A stretch of DNA of 64,000 bases, taken from positions 64,001 to 128,000 of the IMG/VR virus record IMGVR_UViG_3300042398_001385; one strand, given 5' to 3'. This DNA comes from a virus. Under the pieces are notes generated by a model, which was not told the origin of the DNA, searched no databases, and saw only the letters and a list, made by a program, of their open reading frames with translations. The number at the start of each line of letters is the position of its first letter. Position 1 is the stretch's first letter. The position numbers were made by a program, and so were the translations under genes. Positions 28,445-38,076 of the stretch are shown one piece after another.

Positions 28445-28999
28445 TTAAAAAATTATAAAGTCGCCATCCTCGTTAACTAAGATGTTTCCATTTTGATCTG
28501 TAAGATATTCTGTAATTTCGCTATCTACTAATCCCTCTCCTATTATAACCTCGACATTAACTCTAACTGAATGAGGATTATATAATAGCATACCTCCTTG
28601 TTCAAAATAAGGAGATTCTATATCGCTTCCATTAGGATCTAAATCCCATCCACCAAATATATAGTTGCTATTCCCTGTTAATATGGTTAGATTTGCCATA
28701 GGCAAATAGTTACCGTTGTATAGTATATTTATAAATCTGTTGGAAACGGGTAATGATGTTGGGTATGTTGCCTTAATCATTACAAAGTCAACATTATTTA
28801 ATCCTTCGGCACTAAGTAGTAAAGATGAGTTTCCATAAACACATCCACTGAATGATGAGTAGTTATTAAGTACTATATCAGTGTCACAAAAGCTTATTTC
28901 TCTAACAACTTTAGTCCCATTGACTATTTGAAGATTGCATCTTTGAAAGATAGCACCTTCAAATTGTATTGTATCACATACTAGAGGTGGTGTAGCCAT
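28445..28999 (-). CDS. Hypothetical virion protein (paralogue of 28999..29583)
   Basis: Shared FQ-CNL, CD, ILTG, GWDL motifs; C-terminal YLTDQNGNILVNEDG. Confidence 0.6.
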   Translation of the reverse strand: MATPPLVCDTIQFEGAIFQRCNLQIVNGTKVVREISFCDTDIVLNNYSSFSGCVYGNSSLLLSAEGLNNVDFVMIKATYPTSLPVSNRFINILYNGNYLPMANLTILTGNSNYIFGGWDLDPNGSDIESPYFEQGGMLLYNPHSVRVNVEVIIGEGLVDSEITEYLTDQNGNILVNEDGDFIIF

Positions 29000-29583
29000 T
29001 AGTTAAAAACAAATATTTCTAATTCCATACTATATGTATCGTTAATGTTACTAAACATAATACCACCAAACGAGAGATTCGGAGAGGCGGGAGTTGGATA
29101 TATGTGTGGACTAAAACCAGGATTCGGAGGATTATTGGAATAATAGCTAAGATCCCATCCCTGCCAAGGTATTTCTGGTTCAGTTCTACCTGTTAAAATC
29201 ATCAGGCTTCTTATTGGATATGTTTGTCCTTTATATTCCCATGTTAGAAATCTTTGTTCCTCTGGACAATTCTTTTCATATTTAACCTTAACAACTATCA
29301 TCTGAACTTCTCCTTGAGCTTGTCCAATTTCTGGAGCATTAAGTGTATAGCTAATATTTGGTCCTAGTGTTATGCTTTTTTTAAGAGATCCTCCACATCC
29401 TCCCATCTCAGAGCTTCCTAAAGATTCCAATTTAAAATCACAGAGAGATACACTAGAAAGTATATTTGCACCCTCTTTTACATCCAAATTACACGACTGA
29501 AAATATACCCTCTTATAAACACCAGGATTACAATCCAAGTTTTCTATATACTTTGGATCGGTTGTATAAACTTTTTTGATCAT
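28999..29583 (-). CDS. Hypothetical virion protein
   Basis: FQSCNL...LCDF...MILTGR...GWDL...GGIMF-N. Confidence 0.6.
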   Translation of the reverse strand: MIKKVYTTDPKYIENLDCNPGVYKRVYFQSCNLDVKEGANILSSVSLCDFKLESLGSSEMGGCGGSLKKSITLGPNISYTLNAPEIGQAQGEVQMIVVKVKYEKNCPEEQRFLTWEYKGQTYPIRSLMILTGRTEPEIPWQGWDLSYYSNNPPNPGFSPHIYPTPASPNLSFGGIMFSNINDTYSMELEIFVFN

Positions 29584-30836
29584 TTTAAATTTAAAGGGTT
29601 ATCTTCACCCCCTGGATTATTTCTAAAATTTTTTCTAGATGCAGAATAATCGGGATTGCTTCTAAATCTTTCCCTTTCGATTCTTTTTTTTCCTAGCATT
29701 ATCTCATCATTATATTTATCAGAATTTTCTTCTTTATTCTCATCTTTTTCTGTATCTTTTTCTACATTTTCGTTATGAGTATCCGGATCTTCTGAAATTT
29801 TTAAATCCTCTTCATTTTCTATAGGATCTAGCTCGGACGATTCTTCCGTCTTTTCATTATCTAATTCAGCTATATGGTCAATCACTGACTCTTCAATAAT
29901 ATCTTCTTGATAAGGCTCTTCAATAATTTTTTTGGAATTATCTTCGTTATTTTTAACTCTTATTTTTTTTATTCTATTCCATATATTTTTTATAGAATTT
30001 TCTTTATTTTCGTTTTTCATTTCTTCCTCTTCCTCTTTTTTTTCACTCATTTCAAATGCAAAATTTGCAGCTATAACTAAAGCAATAGCCAAAGGATCAA
30101 AAACTAGCATCAAAATTATTATGTACCAGTTAACTACACTGTCTATATCGCTTCCCGTTAGTTTTGCAATATATTTTAAAGGTCCTACCTCTTTTGCAAG
30201 ATCTGCATTAGAGGAAACACCAAACTTTTCTTGTTCTATTGATGATATCCTAGTATTTTTAGATGATATTGAATCATTTAATATTGATATTTCAGAATCC
30301 ATTCTTTTTATTTCTCCGTCGACATCTTTTATCTGTTGGCGTACTGCATTTGTTGATTTTGATTTCTCTATAAGGACATCCTGTGTTGATTGTAGATTTG
30401 TCCTTATAGTAGTTAATTGACCTAGACGATCATTCTTTTGTTTTATCTGAGATTCATAATTGACGATCTCTGTTTTTATTATCGAGATATTTTTATCAAG
30501 AATCTGAATATTTTTATCTTGATTCTGAACTTTAAAAGATGTTTCTTGATAAGCAGATGATAGGAATCCATATATTCCTGCAGATGTTATAATTATTAAT
30601 ATAAGGGTTGCTATTGATAGGTATAGTTTCAAACCTAGATTAAGCTTTTTCCAATATTGATATAACAAAGAAGCAGTAACAAGTTTAGCAAATTCTAAGC
30701 TTCCTGCTAAAACCATTACTTGTAATGATGCACCAGCAAACATTTTACCAAGTCCTGTAACCGAATAAAAAGCAGCTGATCCTGAAACGGATAATGCGGA
30801 TAAGGCTATTATCCACGGTAATAATTTCTTTTTCAT
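29580..30836 (-). CDS. Membrane protein with coiled coil
   Basis: Three N-terminal transmembrane segments, coiled coil, EVGPLKY, VFDPLAIALV; start more likely MKKKLL at 30836 because the GATATATA motif lies at 30844-30851. Confidence 0.7.
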   Translation of the reverse strand: MKKKLLPWIIALSALSVSGSAAFYSVTGLGKMFAGASLQVMVLAGSLEFAKLVTASLLYQYWKKLNLGLKLYLSIATLILIIITSAGIYGFLSSAYQETSFKVQNQDKNIQILDKNISIIKTEIVNYESQIKQKNDRLGQLTTIRTNLQSTQDVLIEKSKSTNAVRQQIKDVDGEIKRMDSEISILNDSISSKNTRISSIEQEKFGVSSNADLAKEVGPLKYIAKLTGSDIDSVVNWYIIILMLVFDPLAIALVIAANFAFEMSEKKEEEEEMKNENKENSIKNIWNRIKKIRVKNNEDNSKKIIEEPYQEDIIEESVIDHIAELDNEKTEESSELDPIENEEDLKISEDPDTHNENVEKDTEKDENKEENSDKYNDEIMLGKKRIERERFRSNPDYSASRKNFRNNPGGEDNPLNLK

Positions 30837-30856
30837 ACTTAAGTATATATCCACAA

Positions 30857-30884
30857 AAAAAGACTGGCATTAATACCAGTCTTT
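30857..30884 (-). terminator. Intrinsic terminator
   Basis: AAAAGACTGG-cattaata-CCAGTCTTTT hairpin. Confidence 0.7.
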
Positions 30885-30909
30885 TGTATTATAATTTATG
30901 TAGTAACTA

Positions 30910-31410
30910 TTATTCTAGTTCTATTCCTTGTTCAGCAGCTGCAAGCTGTTGCTCAAGATCTTTAACTACCATATTGTCTTGTTGAATTAACATCAATGTT
31001 TCTTCTAATGTTTTCCAAAGAGTTACAAAAGATTCAATTTCTTTTTCTCCTTTCCCTTCCATTCTTAGAACGAAATAATGTGAAGCCTCAACCTCTAGAT
31101 TTGTAAAATAAACTACTCCGTCTTTAATTCCTTCAGATTTTACCTCTTCAATTCTTTTTAGAATTTCTTTAACGCCAAGAGCTTCTTTAGATCTCCATTG
31201 AACTTCTTCTCTCATATAGATTTCAAATCTATGTAAAAGTGAATCCGACATTGATACTGCATACTCTTTGTCTTTAAGACTTGCCTTATAATTTTCTAAA
31301 TCTTTCTTAATTGATTCTACTTTTTCAGTATCAACTTTACTGATGTATTTTTCAAGTTTAGCTTCATTTTGAGCTACTAACTCTTCCTCTAATTGTGGTT
31401 TATTTGCCAT
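30910..31410 (-). CDS. Hypothetical acidic helical protein
   Basis: 166-aa ORF preceded by GAAAC-N18-TATAA. Confidence 0.6.
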   Translation of the reverse strand: MANKPQLEEELVAQNEAKLEKYISKVDTEKVESIKKDLENYKASLKDKEYAVSMSDSLLHRFEIYMREEVQWRSKEALGVKEILKRIEEVKSEGIKDGVVYFTNLEVEASHYFVLRMEGKGEKEIESFVTLWKTLEETLMLIQQDNMVVKDLEQQLAAAEQGIELE

Positions 31411-31451
31411 TTTGTTTTTATTTTTATATCTGTTATTGTCACAGAAGTTTC

Positions 31452-32252
31452 TTATATTCCGTGTATTTCTCTGAATTTTTTAGCAAGATCTATAAATTGT
31501 TCCAAATAATATTTCAATTCGTAGTCATGAACTATAAAAGTTTGTATATCTGATGTTTGTTCGTTTGCTATTCTTATTCTTCCACATTTAGGTACTTCCT
31601 GATATTTTTCAGCACACATAAACATATAAGCGGCTATCTGCAATTTATAGCTTAAGATATCATCTTCATCTTTTAAAGATGTTGAAGATTTAAAGTCGTC
31701 AACTATTAAATATTGTTCTTTGTTTCTATAAACAAAGTCACAAGCTCCTGCCCATCCACCTTTAAAGGTAGTATATAAGAATGCTTCGTTATCTACTACT
31801 TCTTCTATATCTTCCCAAAAATTAGTGTGATAAAAATTCCAAAATAGATCCCTTCCTTTATTTACATACTTAGCATATTTTCCTTCGTCCCTACTAGATT
31901 CCTCTATTGCAAAGATCTGTGCTTTTTTTAATGATCTATCTACATCTTTTTCTTTTGCCCATTCTAATAAGAAGAGTTCAAGCATCCTGTGCATAACAGT
32001 TCCTCTTTCTGCAGCATCGTGTAATATTTTATCCCATCGAGCTTCTCCAAATTGAATTTTTAAAGCTTCATATTTTTCATTCTTTACTAGCTTTAATATA
32101 GTAGTAACAGAAGGCAAAATTAAAGGAGCTTCACCAGCTCCTTCTACTACGTAAGCTCTTCCCCAAGGAAATGCTTGTCTATTTATTTGTATGTCAGAAG
32201 ATAACATTCCACAGGTATTTAATTCCTCCCAAAATCCATGATATAAATCCAA
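31452..32252 (-). CDS. PD-(D/E)XK exonuclease
   Basis: LPSVTTIL, RGTVMH, WAGACD, DDFKSS, YKLQIAAY; true start may be at about 32208. Confidence 0.85.
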   Translation of the reverse strand: MDLYHGFWEELNTCGMLSSDIQINRQAFPWGRAYVVEGAGEAPLILPSVTTILKLVKNEKYEALKIQFGEARWDKILHDAAERGTVMHRMLELFLLEWAKEKDVDRSLKKAQIFAIEESSRDEGKYAKYVNKGRDLFWNFYHTNFWEDIEEVVDNEAFLYTTFKGGWAGACDFVYRNKEQYLIVDDFKSSTSLKDEDDILSYKLQIAAYMFMCAEKYQEVPKCGRIRIANEQTSDIQTFIVHDYELKYYLEQFIDLAKKFREIHGI

Positions 32253-32655
32253 ACTTATATTGAAGCCACATCAGAAGTAAAATTAATATTATTCTGTAGA
32301 TGATCCATCTTATAGATAATCTCTGGAAGTATGGTGTATAAACTATAAGATAAGAAATCGAACTATCTATAGGAGATATTTTAGGAATTATAACCTCTTG
32401 AAGATTTAATCTAGTTAAATATTCATTAAGGGGTCTAGACTCTTCTAAAACATAAGCAGGTCTTATCTCATCAGGAGAATCTGGGGAATAAATAACCTCA
32501 GGTGGTAAATTTACTACGGTGTATATTCTACCTATCCAATCTACCCTGAGCTTAAATTTTTCCCACTCGATTGTTCCTTTATTTTTCTTTATCGTTTTCT
32601 TTATAAAGAAATAGTTATTAATGTCAGTTATAACTCTTTTAAAGGGATAATTCAT
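32194..32655 (-). CDS. Hypothetical membrane-anchored protein
   Basis: LRVDWIGRIYTVVNLP; C-terminal transmembrane segment. Confidence 0.6.
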   Translation of the reverse strand: MNYPFKRVITDINNYFFIKKTIKKNKGTIEWEKFKLRVDWIGRIYTVVNLPPEVIYSPDSPDEIRPAYVLEESRPLNEYLTRLNLQEVIIPKISPIDSSISYLIVYTPYFQRLSIRWIIYRIILILLLMWLQYKFGFISWILGGIKYLWNVIF

Positions 32656-32689
32656 ATCAATTATATCTATCTATTAGAAAAAGTTACGA

Positions 32690-33313
32690 TCAATCATTAA
32701 AAGTCAAATTAACACCAGGAAACATATCCCTAACTTTTAATCTCGCTCTTCTAATTCTTGTAGCAATGGCTCTTTTCTTCATACCATACTTATCTGCTAT
32801 TTCCTGATATTTCATTCTAAGGATCTCCCTATCAAATAATATATCTTTGTATATTTCTGGGAGATCATTCATTCTTTCTATAACATTGTCGTATAAATCC
32901 TCCATTTCGTCATTTTCTACAGAAATAAAATCGAAATCAGATTCGAATGTTACCGGGGATCTTCTTATTGATGCTGTATTATATTCTTCAGAGTCATCAT
33001 TATTTTTTACTACCTCTTGTATAATAGGCATGTATCTGTCCTCGTTCTTTTTTATAACTAATGATTCGTTTTTAGCTATATTATAGATCCACGTGGAAAA
33101 GTTCCCTCTTGCTGAATCATATTGGGATATCTTTGTCCATATTTTAGCCATTGTATTAGACACTGCATCTTCTGCTGATTCTTGCTCTATTAATATAGAT
33201 CTACAATGTTTTAATAACCCCGGTTTAATTCTTTTATATAATTCAACAAAATCTTTCTCTGATGATGTTCTCATAAAACTTTCTGCCAATTCCTGAATAT
33301 TCTTTGCCGCCAT
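32690..33313 (-). CDS. ECF-type sigma-70 factor
   Basis: Region 2 (AEDAVS...KIW...YD...FSTWIYNIAKN) and region 4 (LPE...MKYQEIA...TRIRRAR). Confidence 0.9.
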   Translation of the reverse strand: MAAKNIQELAESFMRTSSEKDFVELYKRIKPGLLKHCRSILIEQESAEDAVSNTMAKIWTKISQYDSARGNFSTWIYNIAKNESLVIKKNEDRYMPIIQEVVKNNDDSEEYNTASIRRSPVTFESDFDFISVENDEMEDLYDNVIERMNDLPEIYKDILFDREILRMKYQEIADKYGMKKRAIATRIRRARLKVRDMFPGVNLTFND

Positions 33314-33343
33314 AATTTTTTAATTTTTTTCTAGTTTTTTAGT

Positions 33344-33781
33344 TTATAGGTTTACTTTTTTTATTTCTATTCCTGCCTCCTCGAAAAGTTTAAAAGAATC
33401 CGTATTTCTATAGACTTCTAAGTAAACTATTCTTTTTATTCCTGCTTGTATAATAATCTTAGCACAATCAAAGCAGGGGGAAAGAGTAACGTAAAGTGTA
33501 GCTCCTTCCGCGCTGTTGGTACTTTTAGCTATTTTAGTAATGGCATTTGCTTCAGCATGTAAAACTGTAGGCAAGGTATTATTATCACAGTCCTCACACT
33601 CGTTTGGAAATCCAGATGGTGTTCCGTTATATCCGTCAGATATTATTTGTCTATCTTTTACTATTAGACAACCTACCTGACTTCTTTTACAGTGAGAGTT
33701 CTCTGACCAAACTTTGGCCATTCTTAAATAGAGTACGTCTAGCTTATTCTGCTTGTTCTGTGGTAGGCTCTGATTGTTCAT
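33344..33781 (-). CDS. cd: dCMP deaminase
   Basis: GYNGTP, HAEANAI, SPCFDC. Confidence 0.95.
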   Translation of the reverse strand: MNNQSLPQNKQNKLDVLYLRMAKVWSENSHCKRSQVGCLIVKDRQIISDGYNGTPSGFPNECEDCDNNTLPTVLHAEANAITKIAKSTNSAEGATLYVTLSPCFDCAKIIIQAGIKRIVYLEVYRNTDSFKLFEEAGIEIKKVNL

Positions 33782-34019
33782 CAGATTGGGCTGTTTTTAA
33801 AGGTGTAACTTCTATTTTGAATCTTTCAACCATATGGAAAGTTTCCATAAGTCTAAAAACGCCCAGGAGATTTAGGACTTGATTAATTTCATCCTCAGTA
33901 AATTCAATTTTTTCTTCATTTTCCAAAAGTTCCAAACATTCCTTGTAGCCTGCATAGTTTTTTAAAAACTCAAGAACTGTTTCTCTTAGCTCTTTCGTAA
34001 TTTCATAGTTTTTACTCAT
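33744..34019 (-). CDS. Hypothetical protein
   Basis: 91-aa acidic ORF at the head of the cd/sigma operon. Confidence 0.6.
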   Translation of the reverse strand: MSKNYEITKELRETVLEFLKNYAGYKECLELLENEEKIEFTEDEINQVLNLLGVFRLMETFHMVERFKIEVTPLKTAQSDEQSEPTTEQAE

Positions 34020-34045
34020 AATTTATTATTTAGGTTTATTTTTTA

Positions 34046-34053
34046 CAAATATA
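34046..34053 (-). promoter_or_regulatory. Possible host (Bacteroidota sigma-A) -7 promoter element TAnnTTTG
   Basis: TATATTTG 26 nt upstream of the ATG at 34019. Confidence 0.45.
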
Positions 34054-34079
34054 TTAATTCTTACTTAAAAAGTAAACCC

Positions 34080-35879
34080 CTAATTGAAATTTTTCTTATT
34101 AGGGATAACAATAAGAGGATTCTGTAATGTAGTATTTAATTGAGATAATAATCTCACCATACTTTTTATATCATCAGACATATCTTTGCTCATCTTATCA
34201 GATTCCTCTTTACTTTTAGTTTCTTCTGCTTTTTTACTGTCTTCTTTTTGTTTATCTGCACTCGTAGATGCGGTATTCATATCGGAGCTAGATGTGCTTG
34301 TAGCCGTACTAGTACTTGTGTTTGTATTAGCAGTTGAACCCGTCGTTGTTGTATTCGTTTGTGTTGTATTGGTTTCAGTCTTAGCAGGTTCACTAACACT
34401 ATTTAAATTTTGTACTTGTGTTTCTTTTATAGAAGTACTACTTGAAGAAGTTTCAGACTTTTGTTGATTTGTTTCTGGTTTTTTGTCTTCTATTTTGGTT
34501 TCTTTGGTTTCTTTCTTTGCTTTTTCTGTTGTTCCTTTAGAATCCCCATCTTTTTTATCCTCAGCTTTCTTCGAGAGTCCTAAATCTTGTAATATTTTAT
34601 CCTGTGCAGCTTCTACCTCAGCATTTCCTTTTCCTTTTTTAGATTTAGATTTATCATCCTCTCCGCCTCCTTCACCCTCTTTTTTATCTCCTCCTATTTT
34701 TATTCCTAGAGATTCTAAAATTGCATCTTGTGCTTTCTCTGTATTTGATTTCTCACCCTTTTTAGTCTTCTCATTACCTTTTTTTGTATCCTCAACTTTT
34801 GTTGCTCCTGTTGCTCCTGTTCCTCCAGTTGTACTCTTATTTGTTAAATTTTCTACTGACGTCGAAGAAGCGGGACCTGTAGGACCAGTAGATGATTTTT
34901 CAACATTGGATGTAGTGGAAGATCCCTCAACAGGTTTTACGTCTCCTGTTGTTCCTGCTGTTCCTGTGGGGGTATTTGTAGAAGCAGGTCCAGTAGCAGA
35001 TGGAGATTTCTTCTCCTCAATTTTTGTCTCATCCGTTTTTGTCTTCGGTTCTTCCTTTTTAGCCTCCTGTGCAGCTTCTTTTATTACATCCTCCGCTTTT
35101 TTTCCTTCTTTTTTTTCTATTAGTTTTTTTATGTTATCATCATATGCTTTTGACATTTTGGTAATACTCTCATTAGTAAATCCTTCAGCTTCTAGAACTT
35201 TTGCTAAAGCAGAAATTATAGCCATATTTTCAGGAGTATATAAAATAGGAGCATATTGGCTAGCTGCAGGTTGAGACTTTACCCCAAAATAGTCTAGTAC
35301 CTCAGAAAACTTATCGAGTAGTGGATCGAATTTAAGTTTTTCGTCCTTTATTTTACTGTCAAAATCGCTTTGTACGTCCTCATATGAATCGAATTCCATT
35401 ACATCTCTTAGTCCCAGATTTTCTACTATATCAGTAACCCTACCGTCTTTAAGAAGTTTAGCATTTCCTATTTTATTTTCTGCAGCTTGCTTAGACATTT
35501 CAAAAATCTCCTTCCCGTCTATAGTTTCCCCTTTATCTATTTTTCTGCCTATTGTACTCCTGTCCGAATCTGCACCTGAATAAGCTTCTGTAAAATATAT
35601 AGCTTTGGTGTCTATTCCCTCCCCTAATTCTTTTAAATTCTTCTCAAAGGATTCATTATAGAACTTTCTGGCATTTTTTATAACCTCGTCTGCAGATTTT
35701 TTTTTAACCTTAAGATCCTCGTCAATTTCTTTACCAGTCAATCTGACATTTACTCCATCAGATACAACTCTTGCTTTGTCTTGTTCTTCGTATTTAGCTC
35801 TATCAAAAGCACCTTCACCTGCTTTAAAAACAGGAAATTCCGATCCTGCTGCTCCTGATGTTCCTGTTTCTCCTGCCAA
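34080..35879 (-). CDS. Tape-measure/baseplate-hub-like protein (gp29-like)
   Basis: TTG start; follows the tail tube and gp26/gp51-like genes; helical N-half and low-complexity K/T/S C-half. Confidence 0.5.
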   Translation of the reverse strand: MAGETGTSGAAGSEFPVFKAGEGAFDRAKYEEQDKARVVSDGVNVRLTGKEIDEDLKVKKKSADEVIKNARKFYNESFEKNLKELGEGIDTKAIYFTEAYSGADSDRSTIGRKIDKGETIDGKEIFEMSKQAAENKIGNAKLLKDGRVTDIVENLGLRDVMEFDSYEDVQSDFDSKIKDEKLKFDPLLDKFSEVLDYFGVKSQPAASQYAPILYTPENMAIISALAKVLEAEGFTNESITKMSKAYDDNIKKLIEKKEGKKAEDVIKEAAQEAKKEEPKTKTDETKIEEKKSPSATGPASTNTPTGTAGTTGDVKPVEGSSTTSNVEKSSTGPTGPASSTSVENLTNKSTTGGTGATGATKVEDTKKGNEKTKKGEKSNTEKAQDAILESLGIKIGGDKKEGEGGGEDDKSKSKKGKGNAEVEAAQDKILQDLGLSKKAEDKKDGDSKGTTEKAKKETKETKIEDKKPETNQQKSETSSSSTSIKETQVQNLNSVSEPAKTETNTTQTNTTTTGSTANTNTSTSTATSTSSSDMNTASTSADKQKEDSKKAEETKSKEESDKMSKDMSDDIKSMVRLLSQLNTTLQNPLIVIPNKKNFN

Positions 35880-35904
35880 AATTGTTTTTTATTTATATAC
35901 CTAA

Positions 35905-35932
35905 AAAGCCAAAAAGTTATCTTTTTGGCTTT
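35905..35932 (-). terminator. Hairpin/terminator overlapping the stop of the gp51-like frame
   Basis: AAAGCCAAAAAG-ttat-CTTTTTGGCTTT, 12-bp stem. Confidence 0.6.
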
Positions 35933-36130
35933 GAAAATGCAAATGCTTCTACTAATTCGCCTTGCTCGTTTTTCTTATTTTCTCTTTCTATTCTTTCGTT
36001 AAGCTTATCTATAAACAGTTGATATTCGTAGAAAGGTAAATCCTCCAAATAATCTATTGATAATTTAAATTCTTCCCAGAGTCTAAATTTAATATCAAAG
36101 TAGTTGGCTAAAGATATCTGAAATAACGAA
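35917..36130 (-). CDS. gp51-like baseplate hub/tail assembly chaperone segment, probably expressed by frameshift from the upstream gene
   Basis: SLANYFDIKFRLWEEFKLSIDYLEDLPFYEYQLFI resembles the gp51 family; lies in the +1 frame overlapping the end of 36095..37147. Confidence 0.6.
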
Positions 36131-37147
36131 AAGAGATCTGTACCCTCCGGGAAAGGAAATCTCTGCTGTGACCTCCCCATCACAGCTTTCACATTTACTA
36201 TTGATTCTTGATTTTGTAGCAAAGTTTATCTTCTCTGTTATTTGATCTGCAATAGAGAATTGCAGGGGTGACCATTCTCCAGAAGCTCTCTCGTATTGGT
36301 CATATAACCTCTCATCTAGTCCTCTCCAATCTGGAATAATAAAAGAAGCGACTTTAGCAAAACTTTCATCAAAAGTTTTTCCTTTTCTTCTTTTTTCTGA
36401 TAATATTTTTCTACATACTGTGGTTACTCCAACAGTAGGAATGTAAAGATTCATTTCTTCAGATCCATCCTTTGGTACAAACTTAAATGAATAGCTATCT
36501 CTGCTATATCTTTTTAATATTTCATCATCAACAACAAAGCTATCTAAGATGTTGGATCTTAGCTCTATCATATCGGGTATATTGCAATCTTCTTTTTTAC
36601 AATTTTTAGTTACTGGTAGAAGTATTTTATTTTCACCCCTAATAAAAGTAAAATCTCTAATTGCCATTATAATATAAAATCTATCCTCATACCATAAATC
36701 ATAAGATTCTAGAATACCTCCATTCCATCTTATCTTCATACATTTAGAAATTATGGTATTTAATTTATCGTCTAGATCTAATCTGTCGTCTTCATCTACT
36801 GTTGAGTAGTGTCTTATTTCTTTTACTCCCGCGGCTCTTATAGCAATCTCAAATCCGTCAGGATATCCAAATCCCTTAGAAGGAAGATTGGAAACTGGAA
36901 TATTTTTCCATTCTGATTCCATTCCTAAAGGATTCCTATTCATATTTACTTTCCCTAAATTACTATTTTGTGGTGTAATTGATTGGTTCCCAATAGGTTG
37001 CGTATCTTTTGTTGTATCTGATTCTTTATCTATCCAATTGGGTATTTCATATGATCCTACGTCCGGATCATTGTCATATTGGAATTTAGATTGCGCTTCT
37101 CTTTTATTGAGCTCATTAAGCAATTCGTCATTTGTATTATCTGCCAT
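36095..37147 (-). CDS. Baseplate hub/tail assembly chaperone (T4 gp26-like)
   Basis: LPSKG-GYP...IRA...E, DRFYII-AIR, C-terminal CxxC; lies between tube and tape measure. Confidence 0.7.
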   Translation of the reverse strand: MADNTNDELLNELNKREAQSKFQYDNDPDVGSYEIPNWIDKESDTTKDTQPIGNQSITPQNSNLGKVNMNRNPLGMESEWKNIPVSNLPSKGFGYPDGFEIAIRAAGVKEIRHYSTVDEDDRLDLDDKLNTIISKCMKIRWNGGILESYDLWYEDRFYIIMAIRDFTFIRGENKILLPVTKNCKKEDCNIPDMIELRSNILDSFVVDDEILKRYSRDSYSFKFVPKDGSEEMNLYIPTVGVTTVCRKILSEKRRKGKTFDESFAKVASFIIPDWRGLDERLYDQYERASGEWSPLQFSIADQITEKINFATKSRINSKCESCDGEVTAEISFPGGYRSLFVISDIFSQLL

Positions 37148-37162
37148 AACTTATCTTATATC

Positions 37163-37384
37163 TTATTCTACTTTTTTTCCGGGTTTTAGTTTCTTATTTG
37201 ATGACAAAAAGAAATAAAATCCAAAGAAAAGAGCCGAAAGGAAGTAAAAAATCGCTACTGTATGCCAGTAGGAATTTGTCCATTTCATTATCGTTGCAAA
37301 AAGGATATCGAATCCGAAGGGATTGAAGAAAGTTGCTAAGACCAAACATACTGATGATATTCTTGTTCTGTTTTTCTGATTCAC
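37163..37384 (-). CDS. Small two-TM membrane protein (holin-like?)
   Basis: Two hydrophobic segments and a basic C-terminal tail. Confidence 0.5.
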   Translation of the reverse strand: MNQKNRTRISSVCLVLATFFNPFGFDILFATIMKWTNSYWHTVAIFYFLSALFFGFYFFLSSNKKLKPGKKVE

Positions 37385-37438
37385 AATCGTCGTCCATATT
37401 ATTTTAATATCTACATTTTTGATTTCTATGAAAACAAA

Positions 37439-37466
37439 AAATGGAGACTTTGTAGAGCCTCCATTT
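37439..37466 (-). terminator. Intrinsic terminator after the tail tube genes
   Basis: AAATGGAG...CTCCATTT stem followed by a T-run on the minus strand. Confidence 0.65.
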
Positions 37467-37486
37467 ATATATTTGTTTTATTTTTA

Positions 37487-38065
37487 TTAGTTAAAAATGT
37501 CCTCGAAATAGTCAGCTCTAAAAGATAAAGCTATCTTATAAGGTGTTGTACCGTTAGTGTAATCAAGATCTAAAGCTTTTATTTGATCTACTGGGAAGCA
37601 ATTAATTAGTTTAACTCTTCTAAATACATCACCTTGCTTATTAAATACTGATATTAAAATATAAGTTCCTCCTGCATAAGTAGATTTTATACCAGTAGCA
37701 CCAGTTAAAGGATTGTAAATAAGATCTGACCACTGTCTAAGTGTTTTAAACACATAGTTACTGTTATTATCATTAAGGTTAGTCTCAAATTCAATTCTTA
37801 CTTTAACTCCTGTATCATCAACTGCACCTGCAGCATATCTTCTTTTAGAGAACTTATATCTTTGTTCTGCTATACCTGGGTTTTTATCAACTGTTAAACC
37901 AGCAACAGATAAAACGTTTTCCACTAACAAGCTTCTTCCGTTGTTTCCTTGCTCTAATGCAACTCCAGCGGGTGGTTGAATAATAACCTCAAACTGATTA
38001 AGGTATACTGGTTCGTATAATTGTACCGCTGCTTTTGACGATGTAAAATGTGGTAATCCTGCCAT
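37487..38065 (-). CDS. gp19: Tail tube protein, copy B
   Basis: YEPVYLNQFEV, RQWSDLIYNPLTG, CFP, F-ADYF. Confidence 0.85.
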   Translation of the reverse strand: MAGLPHFTSSKAAVQLYEPVYLNQFEVIIQPPAGVALEQGNNGRSLLVENVLSVAGLTVDKNPGIAEQRYKFSKRRYAAGAVDDTGVKVRIEFETNLNDNNSNYVFKTLRQWSDLIYNPLTGATGIKSTYAGGTYILISVFNKQGDVFRRVKLINCFPVDQIKALDLDYTNGTTPYKIALSFRADYFEDIFN

Positions 38066-38076
38066 TTTTTAATTAT

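Noticed and set aside
34186-35274. Plus-strand 93-aa and 263-aa ORFs
   Set aside because: Antisense shadows of the low-complexity K/E/T region of the tape-measure-like gene.
37194-37397. 67-aa ORF overlapping 37163..37384
   Set aside because: Alternative frame; the 73-aa two-TM ORF fits the gap better. Not fully excluded.
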